From the NCBI GenBank assembly GCA_963619155.1, contig CAVEVN010000013.1, forward strand, positions 5,263 through 69,262: a DNA stretch of 64,000 nucleotides, written 5' to 3'. This document shows positions 63,994 through 64,000 of this stretch, one piece after another (the first letter of the stretch is position 1; each line of letters opens with the position of its first letter). The notes under the pieces are model-generated. The model made no database searches. It was given only the letters and a program-made list of their open reading frames with translations, and had not been told where the DNA came from. The DNA is from a bacterium (GTDB lineage: Bacteria > Patescibacteriota > Saccharimonadia > Saccharimonadales > Saccharimonadaceae). Both the position numbers and the translations under genes were made by a program.

Positions 63994-64000
63994 TTCTTGC

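Noticed and set aside
1-64000. A search for mobile elements, prophage genes, rRNA operons and additional tRNAs.
   Set aside because: I recognised no transposase, integrase, phage structural or cas-like translations, and no rRNA-like segments. Only one tRNA cloverleaf was found by eye. A tRNAscan/Infernal run could reveal small RNAs that I missed.

Overview
This is a 64-kb chromosomal segment with about 70 genes, most of them housekeeping genes on the minus strand.

**Core genes**
- Translation: fusA (partial, open at the left edge), gatCAB, lysS, proS, frr, rpmE, rpsB-tsf, rpsL-rpsG and one tRNA-Leu(GAG).
- Envelope: murJ, a class A PBP, uppS, rseP, secG, and LPXTG and DUF916-like surface proteins.
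- DNA repair: uvrB and uvrC.
- Fe-S assembly: a nifS/iscU-like pair.
- Central carbon metabolism: eno, gap, rpiB, an rpe-like gene, a PfkB kinase and a phosphoketolase split into two ORFs.

**Likely organism**
Gene content suggests a reduced-genome, Gram-positive-like bacterium, possibly Patescibacteria/Saccharibacteria. The cues are a minimal ProRS, UvrC without its HhH tail, the frr-uppS-rseP cluster lacking pyrH and cdsA, and TRTGnTATAAT promoters that often abut start codons. This is inference, not a search result.

**AT-rich accessory segments** (judged by eye, not computed)
1. 14.2-17.4 kb: a three-gene restriction-modification operon (two amino-methyltransferases plus an HNH nuclease), preceded by a dense CATCGTG/CACGATG repeat-and-hairpin region.
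2. 19.7-21.1 kb: a GHKL-ATPase plus STAS-like (DUF4325-type) two-gene module.
3. 40.6-43.0 kb: sugar oxidoreductase and aminotransferase genes behind a structured leader that ends in a terminator.
4. 48.7-53.4 kb: a consensus promoter, a roughly 140-nt multi-stem RNA element, and a tightly coupled four-gene operon of uncharacterised envelope proteins (TM/vWA-like/OmpA-like, two TM coiled-coil proteins, one acidic soluble protein), followed by a convergent nucleotidyltransferase gene.

**Second candidate system**
A contiguous six-ORF minus-strand operon at 54.6-59.6 kb encodes VTC, DUF4956, a Cthe_2159-like beta-helix protein, a 53-aa Cys-repeat micro-ORF, a response regulator and a histidine kinase.

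I recognised no rRNA, CRISPR array, transposase, integrase or prophage genes. All family assignments come from motifs read in the translations. No database search was run.
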